Origin: an uncultured bacterium
GTDB lineage: Bacteria; Oederibacteriota; PGYV01; CAWJRG01
Assembly: GCA_963845185.1 (NCBI GenBank)
Contig: CAWJRG010000006.1
Span: 83,388-147,387 of the forward strand
Length of the DNA: 64,000 nucleotides
Direction: 5' to 3'
In this document: in pieces, positions 11,648 through 21,384 of the stretch
How positions within the stretch are numbered: the first letter of the stretch is position 1
How the letters are laid out: each line of letters starts with the position of its first letter
Position numbers and translations under genes: made by a program
The notes under the pieces: model-generated
What the model was told of the DNA's origin: nothing
Database searches by the model: none
The model's input: the letters and a program-made list of their open reading frames with translations, nothing else

Positions 11648-12078
11648 TTTGCTATTTTTGCAGCTGCCTCAAGCGCCAGGTAATAACTGTTTTCCCCAAA
11701 GCCGGTAATCTGGCCAACGACAACAGGAGCGATAAACGACTTTTGCCTGAAATCCTCCCTTTTATATATGTTGGAAAGGTGGACTTCTATGGTGGGAATA
11801 TTTACCGAAGCCAGGGCGTCCCTTATTGCCACGGATGTGTGGGTATAGGCGCCGGGGTTTATTATAATGCAGTCTGCCCAGTTCAAGCCGTGCTGTATGG
11901 TGTCCACAATCTCGCCTTCATGGTTGCTTTGAACTGTTTTAATCTCCATATCAAGCTCTTTTGCCTGTATTTCAAGGTTTTTATTTATTTTTGCAAGGTC
12001 GGTATTGCCGTATATATCAGGCTCTCTCTGGCCGAGCAGGTTTAAATTCGGGCCGTGTATAACAAGGACCTTTTTCAT
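11644..12078 (-). CDS. aroQ: Type II 3-dehydroquinate dehydratase
   Basis: MKKVLVIHGPNLNLLGQREPDIYG, QSNHEG, INPGAYTHTS, EVHLSN; GGAGG RBS before ATG 12078. Confidence 0.97.
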   Translation of the reverse strand: MKKVLVIHGPNLNLLGQREPDIYGNTDLAKINKNLEIQAKELDMEIKTVQSNHEGEIVDTIQHGLNWADCIIINPGAYTHTSVAIRDALASVNIPTIEVHLSNIYKREDFRQKSFIAPVVVGQITGFGENSYYLALEAAAKIAK

Positions 12079-12201
12079 GATTATGCCTCCGTGGTTGCTT
12101 GATTTTTTTAAGTATAACAGAAAAGCACGCGATTTCAACAGATTTTTCAGTTGAAGTTTTTGAATATAGGTTGTAAAATTGTGAAAATACGGATCCAGGA
12201 A

Positions 12202-12279
12202 GGGCTGGTAACTCAGTTTGGTTAGAGTGCCATCTTCACAGGATGGAAGTCGCCAGTTCAAATCTGGCCCAGCCCACCA
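12202..12279 (+). tRNA. tRNA-Val(CAC)
   Basis: Cloverleaf: GGGCTGG/CCAGCCC acceptor stem, anticodon arm CCATC-TTCACAG-GATGG, TTCAAAT T-loop, encoded ACCA end. Confidence 0.93.
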
Positions 12280-12376
12280 TGATTTTTCTTTTCCATACAA
12301 AAGCGGAGCAGATTGACTATTCGCTGGACAGACTGAATAATGTGAAGTTCAAAATTTCAAACCGGAGGCAGTAATT

Positions 12377-12445
12377 ATGTGCAAAACGTGCGGTTGCGGC
12401 ATGCCCAAGAAAACAAAAAAGAAAAAAACCAAAAAAGGCAAATAA
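12377..12445 (+). CDS. Putative 22-aa microprotein MCKTCGCGMPKKTKKKKTKKGK with a HypB-like CxxCGC metal-binding motif
   Basis: GGAGG at 12364-12368, ATG 12377, TAA 12443; directly upstream of hypA. Confidence 0.6.
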   Translation: MCKTCGCGMPKKTKKKKTKKGK

Positions 12446-12473
12446 CTTTAGAACAATATTTACGGAGTAAATC

Positions 12474-12815
12474 ATGCATGAAGTCTCAATAGCCGAAGAA
12501 ATCAGGGATATAGTCCTGGAAAAATTAAAGGAACATAAGGCAAGCAAGGTGAGTAAAATAAAATTAATGATAGGCGAGCTCACCACCATAGTACCTGAAG
12601 CACTTAAGTTTGCCCTTGAAATAGTTTCGGACAAGACAGCAATGCAGGGCGCAAAAATACAGATAAAGACTGTAAAAACAAAAGTAAAATGCCTAAAATG
12701 CAAAAGGAAATTTAAAGCCGTTGATTTTGATTATGCCTGCCGGGCTTGCAAAAGCCAGGATGTCAGAATCATTGAAGGAAAAGAAATGATAATAAAGACT
12801 ATTGATATGGAGTAA
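12474..12815 (+). CDS. hypA: Hydrogenase nickel metallochaperone HypA
   Basis: MHE start, two CxxC motifs, GKEM. Confidence 0.95.
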   Translation: MHEVSIAEEIRDIVLEKLKEHKASKVSKIKLMIGELTTIVPEALKFALEIVSDKTAMQGAKIQIKTVKTKVKCLKCKRKFKAVDFDYACRACKSQDVRIIEGKEMIIKTIDME

Positions 12816-12819
12816 CGAT

Positions 12820-13497
12820 ATGGCCAAAATCGATGTTTTTGAAAATATCATGAAGCGCAACGAGGCTAATGCCGCGAAAAACAAGAAAATAATAGGAAAG
12901 TCCCTGTGCATCAATATTATGAGCTCGCCGGGCGCAGGCAAGACAACCATACTTGAGCGCACAATGGAAATACTCGGAAAAAAATATAAAATTGCCGTAA
13001 TTGAAGGGGATGTGGCAACATCCAATGACGCGAAAAGAATCAAGAAATACAAAATACCAGTGTACCAGATAAAGACGGAGAACTACGGTGGCGGCTGCCA
13101 CCTGGACGCGGCCATGGTAAACAGCGCGCTTAAAAAATTAGGCGCTGGAAAGAAAAGGTATGATATTATTATAATTGAAAATGTAGGCAACCTTATATGC
13201 CCGGCTGATTTCGCGCTTGGCGAGGATAAAAAGGTGGTTGTGCTTTCCGTTACCGAAGGGGAAGACAAGCCGCTTAAATACCCTCTGATGTTTCAGGTGG
13301 CGGATGCGATGGTACTTAATAAAATAGACCTTGTGCCGCACCTTGATTTTGACCAGGAAGAGCTGTTCAAAAACATGAAAAAAGTTAACAGCCGATTGAC
13401 CCTGGTAAGAATGTCAGCCGCGCACGGGACATACACGGAGCAGTGGACAGGCCTTTTAGAAAAATGGATTAAGGAGAAAAAATGCCGGAAGAAGTAA
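12820..13497 (+). CDS. hypB: Hydrogenase nickel incorporation GTPase HypB
   Basis: SSPGAGKT, CHLDA, ENVGNLICPA, EGEDKPLKYP, NKID; no N-terminal CxxCGC or His-rich extension. Confidence 0.95.
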   Translation: MAKIDVFENIMKRNEANAAKNKKIIGKSLCINIMSSPGAGKTTILERTMEILGKKYKIAVIEGDVATSNDAKRIKKYKIPVYQIKTENYGGGCHLDAAMVNSALKKLGAGKKRYDIIIIENVGNLICPADFALGEDKKVVVLSVTEGEDKPLKYPLMFQVADAMVLNKIDLVPHLDFDQEELFKNMKKVNSRLTLVRMSAAHGTYTEQWTGLLEKWIKEKKCRKK

Positions 13498-15641
13498 AAC
13501 CATTAAGCAAGGATGATATAGATTACGCAAAGGTATTTAATATAAAAGTATGGGAGGGCATCCAATATAAACTCGCCAAAGTTCTCGGCATAACGATAAA
13601 AGTAATAAGCGAAGATAATAAAATAGAAACCGAGGAAACCAATTTTAACGAGTTCTGCGAACTTGTCAGGGGCACGGAAAAAGGCGCGTTGGCATGCAAG
13701 GAATTAAGGGTAAGCGAAACTGAAAAAGGAGCGAAATTCATCAAATGCAAGGCGGCGGGATTTACCCATTATTGCGCCTCGACTTATTTTTACGGGAAAA
13801 GATTCAATATACTTATAGGCATAAAAGGAGACCTGGATTATGACAAGACCGTAATTAAAAAAATCAGCGATGATTACGGGATAGATGCGGAAAAACTAAT
13901 AAAATCATATAAAAGCATGAGCGTAGTGTCTGAGGAAAAAATAATCAGCCTTACGGATCTGATACTGGACCTTTTTAACATAGTGGTGGAACTTTCAGTG
14001 CAGCAATACACCATTCACCGCGCAAACAAGGAAAAAGAGGAAGAAATAAGCAAGATGAGCGCGCTGATGGAAGCCAGCATAGTAATAAACTCCACCAGAA
14101 ATTTGCAGCAGCTTTTAAGGATAATCATGCAGTCTGCCGAACGCGTAATGCAGGCAGAGGCCAGCTCGGTATTTTTAATTGATTCAGAAAAAAACGAGCT
14201 GTATTTTGAAGTGGCTACAGGCCCGAAAGAAAAAGAGGTAAAAGAAATAAGGCTGAAAATGGGCGAGGGCATAGCAGGATATGTGGCATATACGGGCGAG
14301 TCTTTGCTTGTGCCCGATGTCTCAAAAGACCCGAGGTTCGCGCGCAGGGTGGATGAGCAGACGCACTTCATAACAAGATCAGCCATATGCGTGCCTTTGA
14401 AAGTAAGAAATCAGATTATAGGCGTGGTACAGGTGCTTAATAAAATAGGAGGGACAACTTTTTCCAAAACCGAGATAAAATTCCTTGAGGCCCTTGCGTC
14501 ACAGGCAGCCATAGCTATTGAGAATACAAACCTTTATGAGCATCTGGAAGAAAGGGCGGAGCAGTTAAACAAGGAATTAAAAGAAGCAAATATAAACCTG
14601 TCGATAGAAAAGCGCAGGATAGAATCAATGGTACAGAGCATGCAGGACGCCGTACTTGCCATAGACAAAGGCAGAAAAATAACCATGATGAACAGGATAG
14701 CGGAAAAAATATTTGATATTAACGCGGGCGAGGCTTTTAACAAGTTCATAGGAGATTATGTCAAGAACAAGGAAATAATTGATAATTTTAATCTGGTATT
14801 GACTGAAAAAAACTCAACAAAAGGCGAAGTTAAATTTATGCTGGGAAGCAAAGAACATATTTTTGCGGCAGTATTTGCACCGATAATATCAGAAAGCCAG
14901 GAAGCCGCTGGTTCGGTGGCTGTTTTAAGGGATATAACGGAATTAAAAGAGCTGGATAAAATGAAAACCGAATTTTTGAACATGGTCTCTCATGAACTCA
15001 GGACCCCTCTTACGCCGATACAGGCTTATTCGGAACTAATGATGACGCGGAATATGGAAGGCGAAAAGATAAAAGATTATGCAGGCATTATAAACAAGGA
15101 AACGCAAAGGCTTGGCGCGCTCATAGGGGACCTTCTCGACCTTTCAAGGGTGGAAGCAGGCAAGGGACTCAGCCTTGAACTGGAGGAAGTCGACCCTGTG
15201 GAGATAATCAAGCTTGTTTACGATACATTTAAAAATTCATCAAGCAAACATAAATTTATTTTGACAATACCTGAAAAAAGTGAGAAAATAATGATTGATA
15301 GAAATAAAATAATCCAGGTTATAACAAACCTGTTATCAAATGCCGTAAAGTATTCACCGGATGGCGGGAATATAACAATTATTTTTGAAGACAAAGGTAA
15401 TAGGGTGTATGTAAGAGTAAAGGATGAGGGAATAGGATTGGCCAAAGAGCATATTGACCAGGTTTTTGACAAGTTCTACAGGGTTCCAAGCGAAACAGTT
15501 AAAAAAATAAGCGGTACGGGCATAGGATTAACCATAGTAAAGTATATACTTGAACTGCACAACGGTGGAATAGCGGTTGAAAGCGAAGAGGGCAAGGGAA
15601 GCACATTTAGTTTTTATTTGCCAAAGGTAAAATCGATTTAA
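13482..15641 (+). CDS. Cytoplasmic sensor histidine kinase (PocR-like, GAF, PAS, HisKA, HATPase)
   Basis: SHELRTPL H-box; NAVKYS, DEGIG, GTGIGL; GEGIAG GAF motif; N-terminal FC...C...C PocR-like pattern. Confidence 0.9.
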   Translation: MPEEVKPLSKDDIDYAKVFNIKVWEGIQYKLAKVLGITIKVISEDNKIETEETNFNEFCELVRGTEKGALACKELRVSETEKGAKFIKCKAAGFTHYCASTYFYGKRFNILIGIKGDLDYDKTVIKKISDDYGIDAEKLIKSYKSMSVVSEEKIISLTDLILDLFNIVVELSVQQYTIHRANKEKEEEISKMSALMEASIVINSTRNLQQLLRIIMQSAERVMQAEASSVFLIDSEKNELYFEVATGPKEKEVKEIRLKMGEGIAGYVAYTGESLLVPDVSKDPRFARRVDEQTHFITRSAICVPLKVRNQIIGVVQVLNKIGGTTFSKTEIKFLEALASQAAIAIENTNLYEHLEERAEQLNKELKEANINLSIEKRRIESMVQSMQDAVLAIDKGRKITMMNRIAEKIFDINAGEAFNKFIGDYVKNKEIIDNFNLVLTEKNSTKGEVKFMLGSKEHIFAAVFAPIISESQEAAGSVAVLRDITELKELDKMKTEFLNMVSHELRTPLTPIQAYSELMMTRNMEGEKIKDYAGIINKETQRLGALIGDLLDLSRVEAGKGLSLELEEVDPVEIIKLVYDTFKNSSSKHKFILTIPEKSEKIMIDRNKIIQVITNLLSNAVKYSPDGGNITIIFEDKGNRVYVRVKDEGIGLAKEHIDQVFDKFYRVPSETVKKISGTGIGLTIVKYILELHNGGIAVESEEGKGSTFSFYLPKVKSI

Positions 15642-15655
15642 AAGGAGGAAATAAT

Positions 15656-16069
15656 ATGGCTGATGAAAAAAGAAAGGTGGTTGTAGCAGATGATGAGCCT
15701 TTTATATTGTCTGCGTTGCAGGATACTTTATCCGAGGACTATAAAGTTTACAGCGCAACAAACGGCAAGGAAGCCATAAAAATGGTTGAAAAGGTGGAGC
15801 CTGACCTGATAATACTTGACGTAATGATGCCTGAAATGGACGGGCTTGAGGCATGCAAAGTTTTGAAAAAATCTGCCGTAACTGCAAACGTGCCCATAAT
15901 AATATTGACCGCAAAAGGCCAGATAACGGATATTGAAAAAGGTTTTAAATCAGGAGCGGACGCTTATATTGTCAAGCCATTTTCACCGGCAAGGCTTATT
16001 GAGAAAGTGGAAGAAATTTTTGAAAAGGTTGAAATGCGGAGAAAGATCCAGGACAAAAAGAAAGAATAG
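15656..16069 (+). CDS. Single-domain response regulator
   Basis: ADDE, LDVMMP, LTAK, KPF receiver motifs. Confidence 0.93.
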   Translation: MADEKRKVVVADDEPFILSALQDTLSEDYKVYSATNGKEAIKMVEKVEPDLIILDVMMPEMDGLEACKVLKKSAVTANVPIIILTAKGQITDIEKGFKSGADAYIVKPFSPARLIEKVEEIFEKVEMRRKIQDKKKE

Positions 16070-16088
16070 TTATTATAGGTTTTAAAAG

Positions 16089-16119
16089 AATAGCTGCTCG
16101 ATAAAAAGCAGCTATTTTT
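16089..16119 (+). terminator. Probable intrinsic terminator
   Basis: AATAGCTGCT-loop-AGCAGCTATT hairpin followed by T-run after the response regulator. Confidence 0.6.
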
Positions 16120-16176
16120 AGGTAATACTTAGTGAAAAAAAATACAAAGTTAGATGAAAATATTTAAAAAAAGTGT

Positions 16177-16205
16177 TTGACAAAAAAGACAAATTTTATT
16201 ATAAT
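16177..16205 (+). promoter_or_regulatory. Consensus sigma70 promoter
   Basis: TTGACA-17 nt-TATAAT upstream of the aminotransferase-serA operon. Confidence 0.8.
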
Positions 16206-16258
16206 TTAATCAAAAGATAGTTAAATTTATCACAAACTTTTAAAGGAGGTGTGCTAAA

Positions 16259-17413
16259 ATGAAGAAAAAATACATTATGGCACCAGGACCAACAGAAGTA
16301 CCGCCTGACGTATTGGCGGAAGGCGCAAAGCCTGTATTGCACCACAGAACACCGCAATTCAGGAAGATTCTTACCGAAGTTCTCGACGGGGTAAAGTATG
16401 TAATCGGCACGACAAGAAACGTTTACATTATGACGGCTTCGGGCACAGGAGCAATGGAAGCAGCAGTCTCAAATGTCGTAAATCCGGGCGATAAAGTAAT
16501 TGTGGGAACCATAGGTTCTTTTGGAGACAGATGGGAAAGCCTCGCAAAAGTATACGGCGCGAATATAGTCAAGATTGCTCCGGAGTGGGGCTATGCGTTA
16601 AATCCAAACGAGGTTAAAAAGGCGCTTGACGCAAATCCCGACGCAGTTGCGCTGTTTATCCAGCTCAACGAAACGTCTACGGGCGTTTATAACGATGTGG
16701 AAGCAATAGGCAAGCTTACGGCAAATCACAAAGCCCTGCTAGTGGTGGACGGTATCTCGGGAATAGGGGCGCAGCCGTATTATCAGGACAAATGGGGAGT
16801 AGATGTGACGGTTATCGGTTCACAAAAGGGATTCATGATACCGCCGGGTCTTGCTTTTATTTCCTGCAGCGAAAAAGCATGGAAAGTCGTGGAGGCAAAT
16901 AAGGCGCCCAAATTTTATTTTGATTTGAAGAGGTATGAAAAGGCGCTGACAAAAGAAAAAATGCCTGATACGCCTTGGACATCAGCTGTGTCGCTTATAA
17001 CCCAGCAGGCTGTGGCGCTGCGCATGATAAAGGAAGAGACGAACGAGAAAATATGGGAAAGGCACGCCAAACTTTCAAAAGCGGTCCGCGAAGGCATTAA
17101 AGCCCTGGGACTTGAGCTTTTTGCAAAAGAGAACCCAGCAGTTGTATTGACGACCGTAACGGTACCTCAGGGTGTTGACGGCAAGGCACTTGTAAAAAAG
17201 ATCAGGGATGATTACGGAATATCCATGGTTGGAGGCCAGGCAAAACTTGAAGGCCTGATATTCAGGATTGGAACCCTGGGTTATACCGACAGGTTTGACC
17301 CGATAATGGGTATCGCAGCAGTTGAAATGGCTTTAAAAGAGCTTGGAGGGAATATTGAAATCGGAAAAGGTGTGAAAAGAACAATGGAAGTTCTTATGGA
17401 AGAAAAATATTGA
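16259..17413 (+). CDS. Class V PLP aminotransferase (alanine-glyoxylate/serine-pyruvate family), probable phosphoserine aminotransferase role
   Basis: PGPT, SGTGAMEA, NETSTG, VDGIS, GSQKG (PLP lysine); adjacent to serA. Confidence 0.9.
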   Translation: MKKKYIMAPGPTEVPPDVLAEGAKPVLHHRTPQFRKILTEVLDGVKYVIGTTRNVYIMTASGTGAMEAAVSNVVNPGDKVIVGTIGSFGDRWESLAKVYGANIVKIAPEWGYALNPNEVKKALDANPDAVALFIQLNETSTGVYNDVEAIGKLTANHKALLVVDGISGIGAQPYYQDKWGVDVTVIGSQKGFMIPPGLAFISCSEKAWKVVEANKAPKFYFDLKRYEKALTKEKMPDTPWTSAVSLITQQAVALRMIKEETNEKIWERHAKLSKAVREGIKALGLELFAKENPAVVLTTVTVPQGVDGKALVKKIRDDYGISMVGGQAKLEGLIFRIGTLGYTDRFDPIMGIAAVEMALKELGGNIEIGKGVKRTMEVLMEEKY

Positions 17414-17486
17414 TCGACACTATAAAAAAGTTCAACAATAATGCCAGATTTAAATAATAGTTGGCTCGAAAAAAAGGAGGTTGGTT

Positions 17487-19076
17487 ATGTTTAAAATTTT
17501 AGTCAGCGACAAGCTTGCAGATGATGCGTTAAAAATGCTGCAGGGAGAAAAGGACATAGAGTGCACGGTAAAAACAGGCCTTACAGAGGAACAACTCGCG
17601 GATGAGCTGCCCAATTACGACGCCCTTATAATAAGGAGCGGGACAAAAGTGACGCCAAAGGCGCTGGAGAAGGTAAAAAAATTAAAAGTGATTGGAAGGG
17701 CAGGAGTCGGGGTAGATAATGTCGACATGCCCACTGCCACTGCCAAGGGCGTGATAGTGATGAACACGCCGGACGCGAATACTCTGTCAACAGCAGAGCA
17801 GACAATTACGCTTATCCTCAGCATGGTAAGGAATTTGCCCCAGGCAGACGCGTCTTTAAAAGCAAAAAAATGGGAAAGAAATAAATTCACGGGAATGGAA
17901 CTCTACGGAAAGACGCTAGGTATTATCGGACTCGGAAGGATAGGTACCGAAGTGGCAAAAAGAATGCTTTCTTTTGGAATGAAGGTAATAGGACAAGACC
18001 CTTTTATTACGAAAGAAAAAGCCGAGGCGCTGGGCGTGGAGATAATGCCGGTGGCTGAGATTATTAAGAAAGCGGACATAATCACCGTCCATGTACCAAA
18101 AAACAAGGAAACCACGAATCTGATAACCGCAAAGGAAATAGCTACAATGAAAGACGGGGTAATGCTTGTGAACTGCGCGAGAGGCGGCATAATCAATGAA
18201 AAAGACCTTGCGGACGCGTTAAAGTCCGGCAAAGTCAAAAAAGCTGCGCTTGACGTGTACGACAAGGAACCACCTTTTGACTCCGAACTTTTCACGGTCG
18301 ACCCAAGCAATATAATACTGGCTCCTCACCTTGGGGCGTCTACTGTTGAGGCGCAGGAGAATGTAGGAAAAGTAATAGTGGAGCAGGTAATTGACGCACT
18401 AAGGGGCAAACTTATAAAGAACGCCCTTAATATACCTGCCATACCGCCGGAGATTTTAAAGGAAATGCAGCCGTACCTTACCTTAAATGAAAAGCTTGGA
18501 AACTTTGCGGCCCAGCTTATCGAAGGCAACATAAAGAGTGTCACAATAGAATACAGCGGCGATGTGACGAAATACGACATGAAATTTTTGACCATAGCCG
18601 CCATCAAGGGGCTATTGACACCGGCTGTAGGCGATACGGTGAATTATGTGAACGCGTTGCCAATAGCCAAAGAAAGGGGCATAGCGGTTATTGAGAAAAC
18701 GACCACGGTAATAACCAACTATCCGAACCTTGTTAGCGTTGCCATTGAAACAGACAAGGAAAAAAGAATGGTGTTTGGAAGTCTTGCCATAACAAAGGAA
18801 GCCAGGATAGTAGGCATTGACAAGTTTGAGCTTGAAATAGCGCCTGAGAAGAACATGATTGTTTATAAGAACAACGACAAACCCGGCATAATCGGCAGGG
18901 TTGGAACAGTACTCGGGACAAATAACATTAACATAGCTTCGTTTGCGCTTGGAAGGCACAAGGAAGAAAAAGTCGCGCTTGGCGTGCTGACCGTAGACAC
19001 CGAAGTGCCCAAAGCAGTGATTGACAGCCTGAAAAATACAGGGGATATAATAGAGGCAAAATATATAACCCTGTAA
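17487..19076 (+). CDS. serA: D-3-phosphoglycerate dehydrogenase (long form with ASB/ACT domains)
   Basis: GRAGVGVDNVD, GLGRIG, NCARGG, PHLGAST, DKPGIIG ACT. Confidence 0.96.
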   Translation: MFKILVSDKLADDALKMLQGEKDIECTVKTGLTEEQLADELPNYDALIIRSGTKVTPKALEKVKKLKVIGRAGVGVDNVDMPTATAKGVIVMNTPDANTLSTAEQTITLILSMVRNLPQADASLKAKKWERNKFTGMELYGKTLGIIGLGRIGTEVAKRMLSFGMKVIGQDPFITKEKAEALGVEIMPVAEIIKKADIITVHVPKNKETTNLITAKEIATMKDGVMLVNCARGGIINEKDLADALKSGKVKKAALDVYDKEPPFDSELFTVDPSNIILAPHLGASTVEAQENVGKVIVEQVIDALRGKLIKNALNIPAIPPEILKEMQPYLTLNEKLGNFAAQLIEGNIKSVTIEYSGDVTKYDMKFLTIAAIKGLLTPAVGDTVNYVNALPIAKERGIAVIEKTTTVITNYPNLVSVAIETDKEKRMVFGSLAITKEARIVGIDKFELEIAPEKNMIVYKNNDKPGIIGRVGTVLGTNNINIASFALGRHKEEKVALGVLTVDTEVPKAVIDSLKNTGDIIEAKYITL

Positions 19077-19094
19077 AAGATAAGAATAGAAATT

Positions 19095-19145
19095 CCGGCG
19101 GCCCGGTTGCGCTATACGCATAGCGCTCCTGCCGCCGGTTCTGTT
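19095..19145 (+). terminator. GC-rich hairpin after serA
   Basis: CCGGCGGC...GCCGCCGG stem followed by TTCTGTTTT. Confidence 0.5.
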
Positions 19146-19255
19146 TTATATTGAAATTTGAAGAGAAATGATATATTATTATTCGGGTTTGAATGCGTAT
19201 CAGGATAAAAATCCGGGAAACGGCCATAAAAATTTAAAAATAAAAGGAGCAAAAC

Positions 19256-20533
19256 ATGCCTGCTGATGTAATATTAGGGACCCAGTGGGGAGATGAAGGT
19301 AAAGGCAAGATAGTCGACCTTTTTTCGGAGAAATATGACGTCATTGCCCGGTATCAGGGCGGCAGTAACGCAGGGCATACAGTAATTGTAGGCAAAGAAA
19401 AATATATAATGCACCTATTACCGTCAGGAATCCTGCATAAGAATAAAATAAACATAATAAGCCACGGGGTTGTTATTGATATTGCAGCGCTGGTTTCAGA
19501 AATAAAAGAACTTGAAAAAAGAGGGGTTAAGATAACTTCAAAGAACCTCATGATAAGCGATAACGCAAGCCTGGTGCTGCCTTACCACAAGGCCATGGAC
19601 AAAGGCAAAGAAAAAATGAAAAAAGACAAAAAAATAGGCACAACAGGCAGGGGCATAGGCCCGGCTTATACAGACAAGTACGTAAGAATAGGCGTAAGGC
19701 TGCGGGATATTTATAACGACAAGGTGTTTAAAGCAAAAATTGAAGAAAACCTTGAAGAAAAAAATTTTATTTTGAAAAAATTTTACGGTGAAGATGAAAT
19801 AAGCGCGGCCATGGTAATAAATGAAGTAAAAAAATACAGAGAAATATTAAGGCCGTATGTAAAAGACACCGTTTACGAGATAAACCGCCTGCTTGACAAA
19901 AAAAAGAAAGTATTGTTTGAGGGAGCCCAGGGAGCGCTGCTTGATATAGATTTCGGCACTTATCCTTATGTGACATCTTCAAACCCAACAATAGGCGGAG
20001 TCATAACCGGTACCGGCGTAGCACCAAACAGGATTAAAAAGGTATGGGGCATAACCAAGGCATACCAGACGAGGGTCGGGAACGGTCCCATGCCGACGGA
20101 AATGGATATTAAAACGGCAAACACGACTAGGGAAAAAGGCTCCGAATACGGCGCCACTACAGGCAGGCCGCGAAGATGCGGCTGGCTGGACCTGGTTGCT
20201 CTGAAATATGTGTGCGAATTAAACGGACTTACCGACATGCTGCTTACAAAAATAGATATATTGTCTATTTTTAAAAAAATACAAGTAGCAACGCATTATA
20301 TATATAGAGGCAAGAAGATAACGCGGTTCATTGCCGACGGCGAGGAACTGTTTAAATGCAAACCGGTTTACAAAATACTAAATGGATGGGGAACAGACCT
20401 TTCTACAATAGAACGTTACAAAGACCTTCCTAAAGCAACAAAAGACTATTTAAAATTCATTGAAGAATATACAGGCGTAAAGGTTTCAATTATATCAGTC
20501 GGCCCTGAAAGAAGACAGATATTAAAAAAGTAA
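19256..20533 (+). CDS. purA: Adenylosuccinate synthetase
   Basis: QWGDEGKGK, GGSNAGHT, GTTGRGIGP, EGAQG, TTGRPRRCGW. Confidence 0.98.
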   Translation: MPADVILGTQWGDEGKGKIVDLFSEKYDVIARYQGGSNAGHTVIVGKEKYIMHLLPSGILHKNKINIISHGVVIDIAALVSEIKELEKRGVKITSKNLMISDNASLVLPYHKAMDKGKEKMKKDKKIGTTGRGIGPAYTDKYVRIGVRLRDIYNDKVFKAKIEENLEEKNFILKKFYGEDEISAAMVINEVKKYREILRPYVKDTVYEINRLLDKKKKVLFEGAQGALLDIDFGTYPYVTSSNPTIGGVITGTGVAPNRIKKVWGITKAYQTRVGNGPMPTEMDIKTANTTREKGSEYGATTGRPRRCGWLDLVALKYVCELNGLTDMLLTKIDILSIFKKIQVATHYIYRGKKITRFIADGEELFKCKPVYKILNGWGTDLSTIERYKDLPKATKDYLKFIEEYTGVKVSIISVGPERRQILKK

Positions 20534-20553
20534 CAAAATATACGGAGAGCGTA

Positions 20554-21384
20554 ATGAAAAAGAAAAGCAGTATAATAAATATATCAATAACAATAATTGG
20601 GTTTATTTTGGCAGTAATTATTGGATATATCGATTATAAGACAGGCAGGGACATAAGCATTGATATATTTTATTTGCTGCCGGTGGCTATGGTGGTGTGG
20701 TTTACGGAATTGCCTTTCGCGGTTTTTATATCGTTCGCAGGGGCGCTGATATGGTATGCAAGCGATGCAAGCAGCGGGTATAAATACCCCCATCCGGCTA
20801 TAATTTACTGGAATGCGTTTGCGATTTTCGGCATTCTAATAATAACCGCGCTTCTGCTTGATGGATTAAAAAAATCCCTTATAAAAGAAAAAGCTTTGGC
20901 AAGGACAGATTATCTTACGGAACTGGCAAACAGGCGGAGTTTTTTCGAGGCAGCTGACGCGGAAATAAACCGCAGCGGCCGCAATAAACTGCCGTTTACC
21001 ATGGCTTATATAGACACAGATAACTTTAAAAGCATCAATGACAATTTCGGCCACGCGACCGGTGACAGGGTTTTGAAAATCATCGCAATGGGCATAAAGA
21101 AAAATATAAGGAAAATGGATACGGCTGCCAGGATTGGCGGCGATGAATTCGCCGTGTTACTGCCCGAAACAAACAGCGAGGCGGCAAAACATGCAATGGA
21201 CAAAATATACATGCTGCTAAGCGAAGCCATGAAAGGCCTGTCTTTCCCGATAACATTCAGTGTAGGAGTGGTGACTTTTGCGAACCCGCCGAAAGACGCG
21301 GACGAGATGATTAAGATAACAGACGAGCTGATGTATTCGGTGAAGGCAATGGGGAAAAATAATATAAAGTACGAAATTAACTAG
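20554..21384 (+). CDS. Membrane-bound diguanylate cyclase
   Basis: N-terminal TM helices; DYLTELANRR, FKSINDNFGH, intact GGDEF. Confidence 0.92.
   Translation: MKKKSSIINISITIIGFILAVIIGYIDYKTGRDISIDIFYLLPVAMVVWFTELPFAVFISFAGALIWYASDASSGYKYPHPAIIYWNAFAIFGILIITALLLDGLKKSLIKEKALARTDYLTELANRRSFFEAADAEINRSGRNKLPFTMAYIDTDNFKSINDNFGHATGDRVLKIIAMGIKKNIRKMDTAARIGGDEFAVLLPETNSEAAKHAMDKIYMLLSEAMKGLSFPITFSVGVVTFANPPKDADEMIKITDELMYSVKAMGKNNIKYEIN

Noticed and set aside
12079..12300. 74-aa N-terminal extension of AroQ in the ORF track
   Set aside because: It runs antisense through tRNA-Val; the RBS and family start are at 12078
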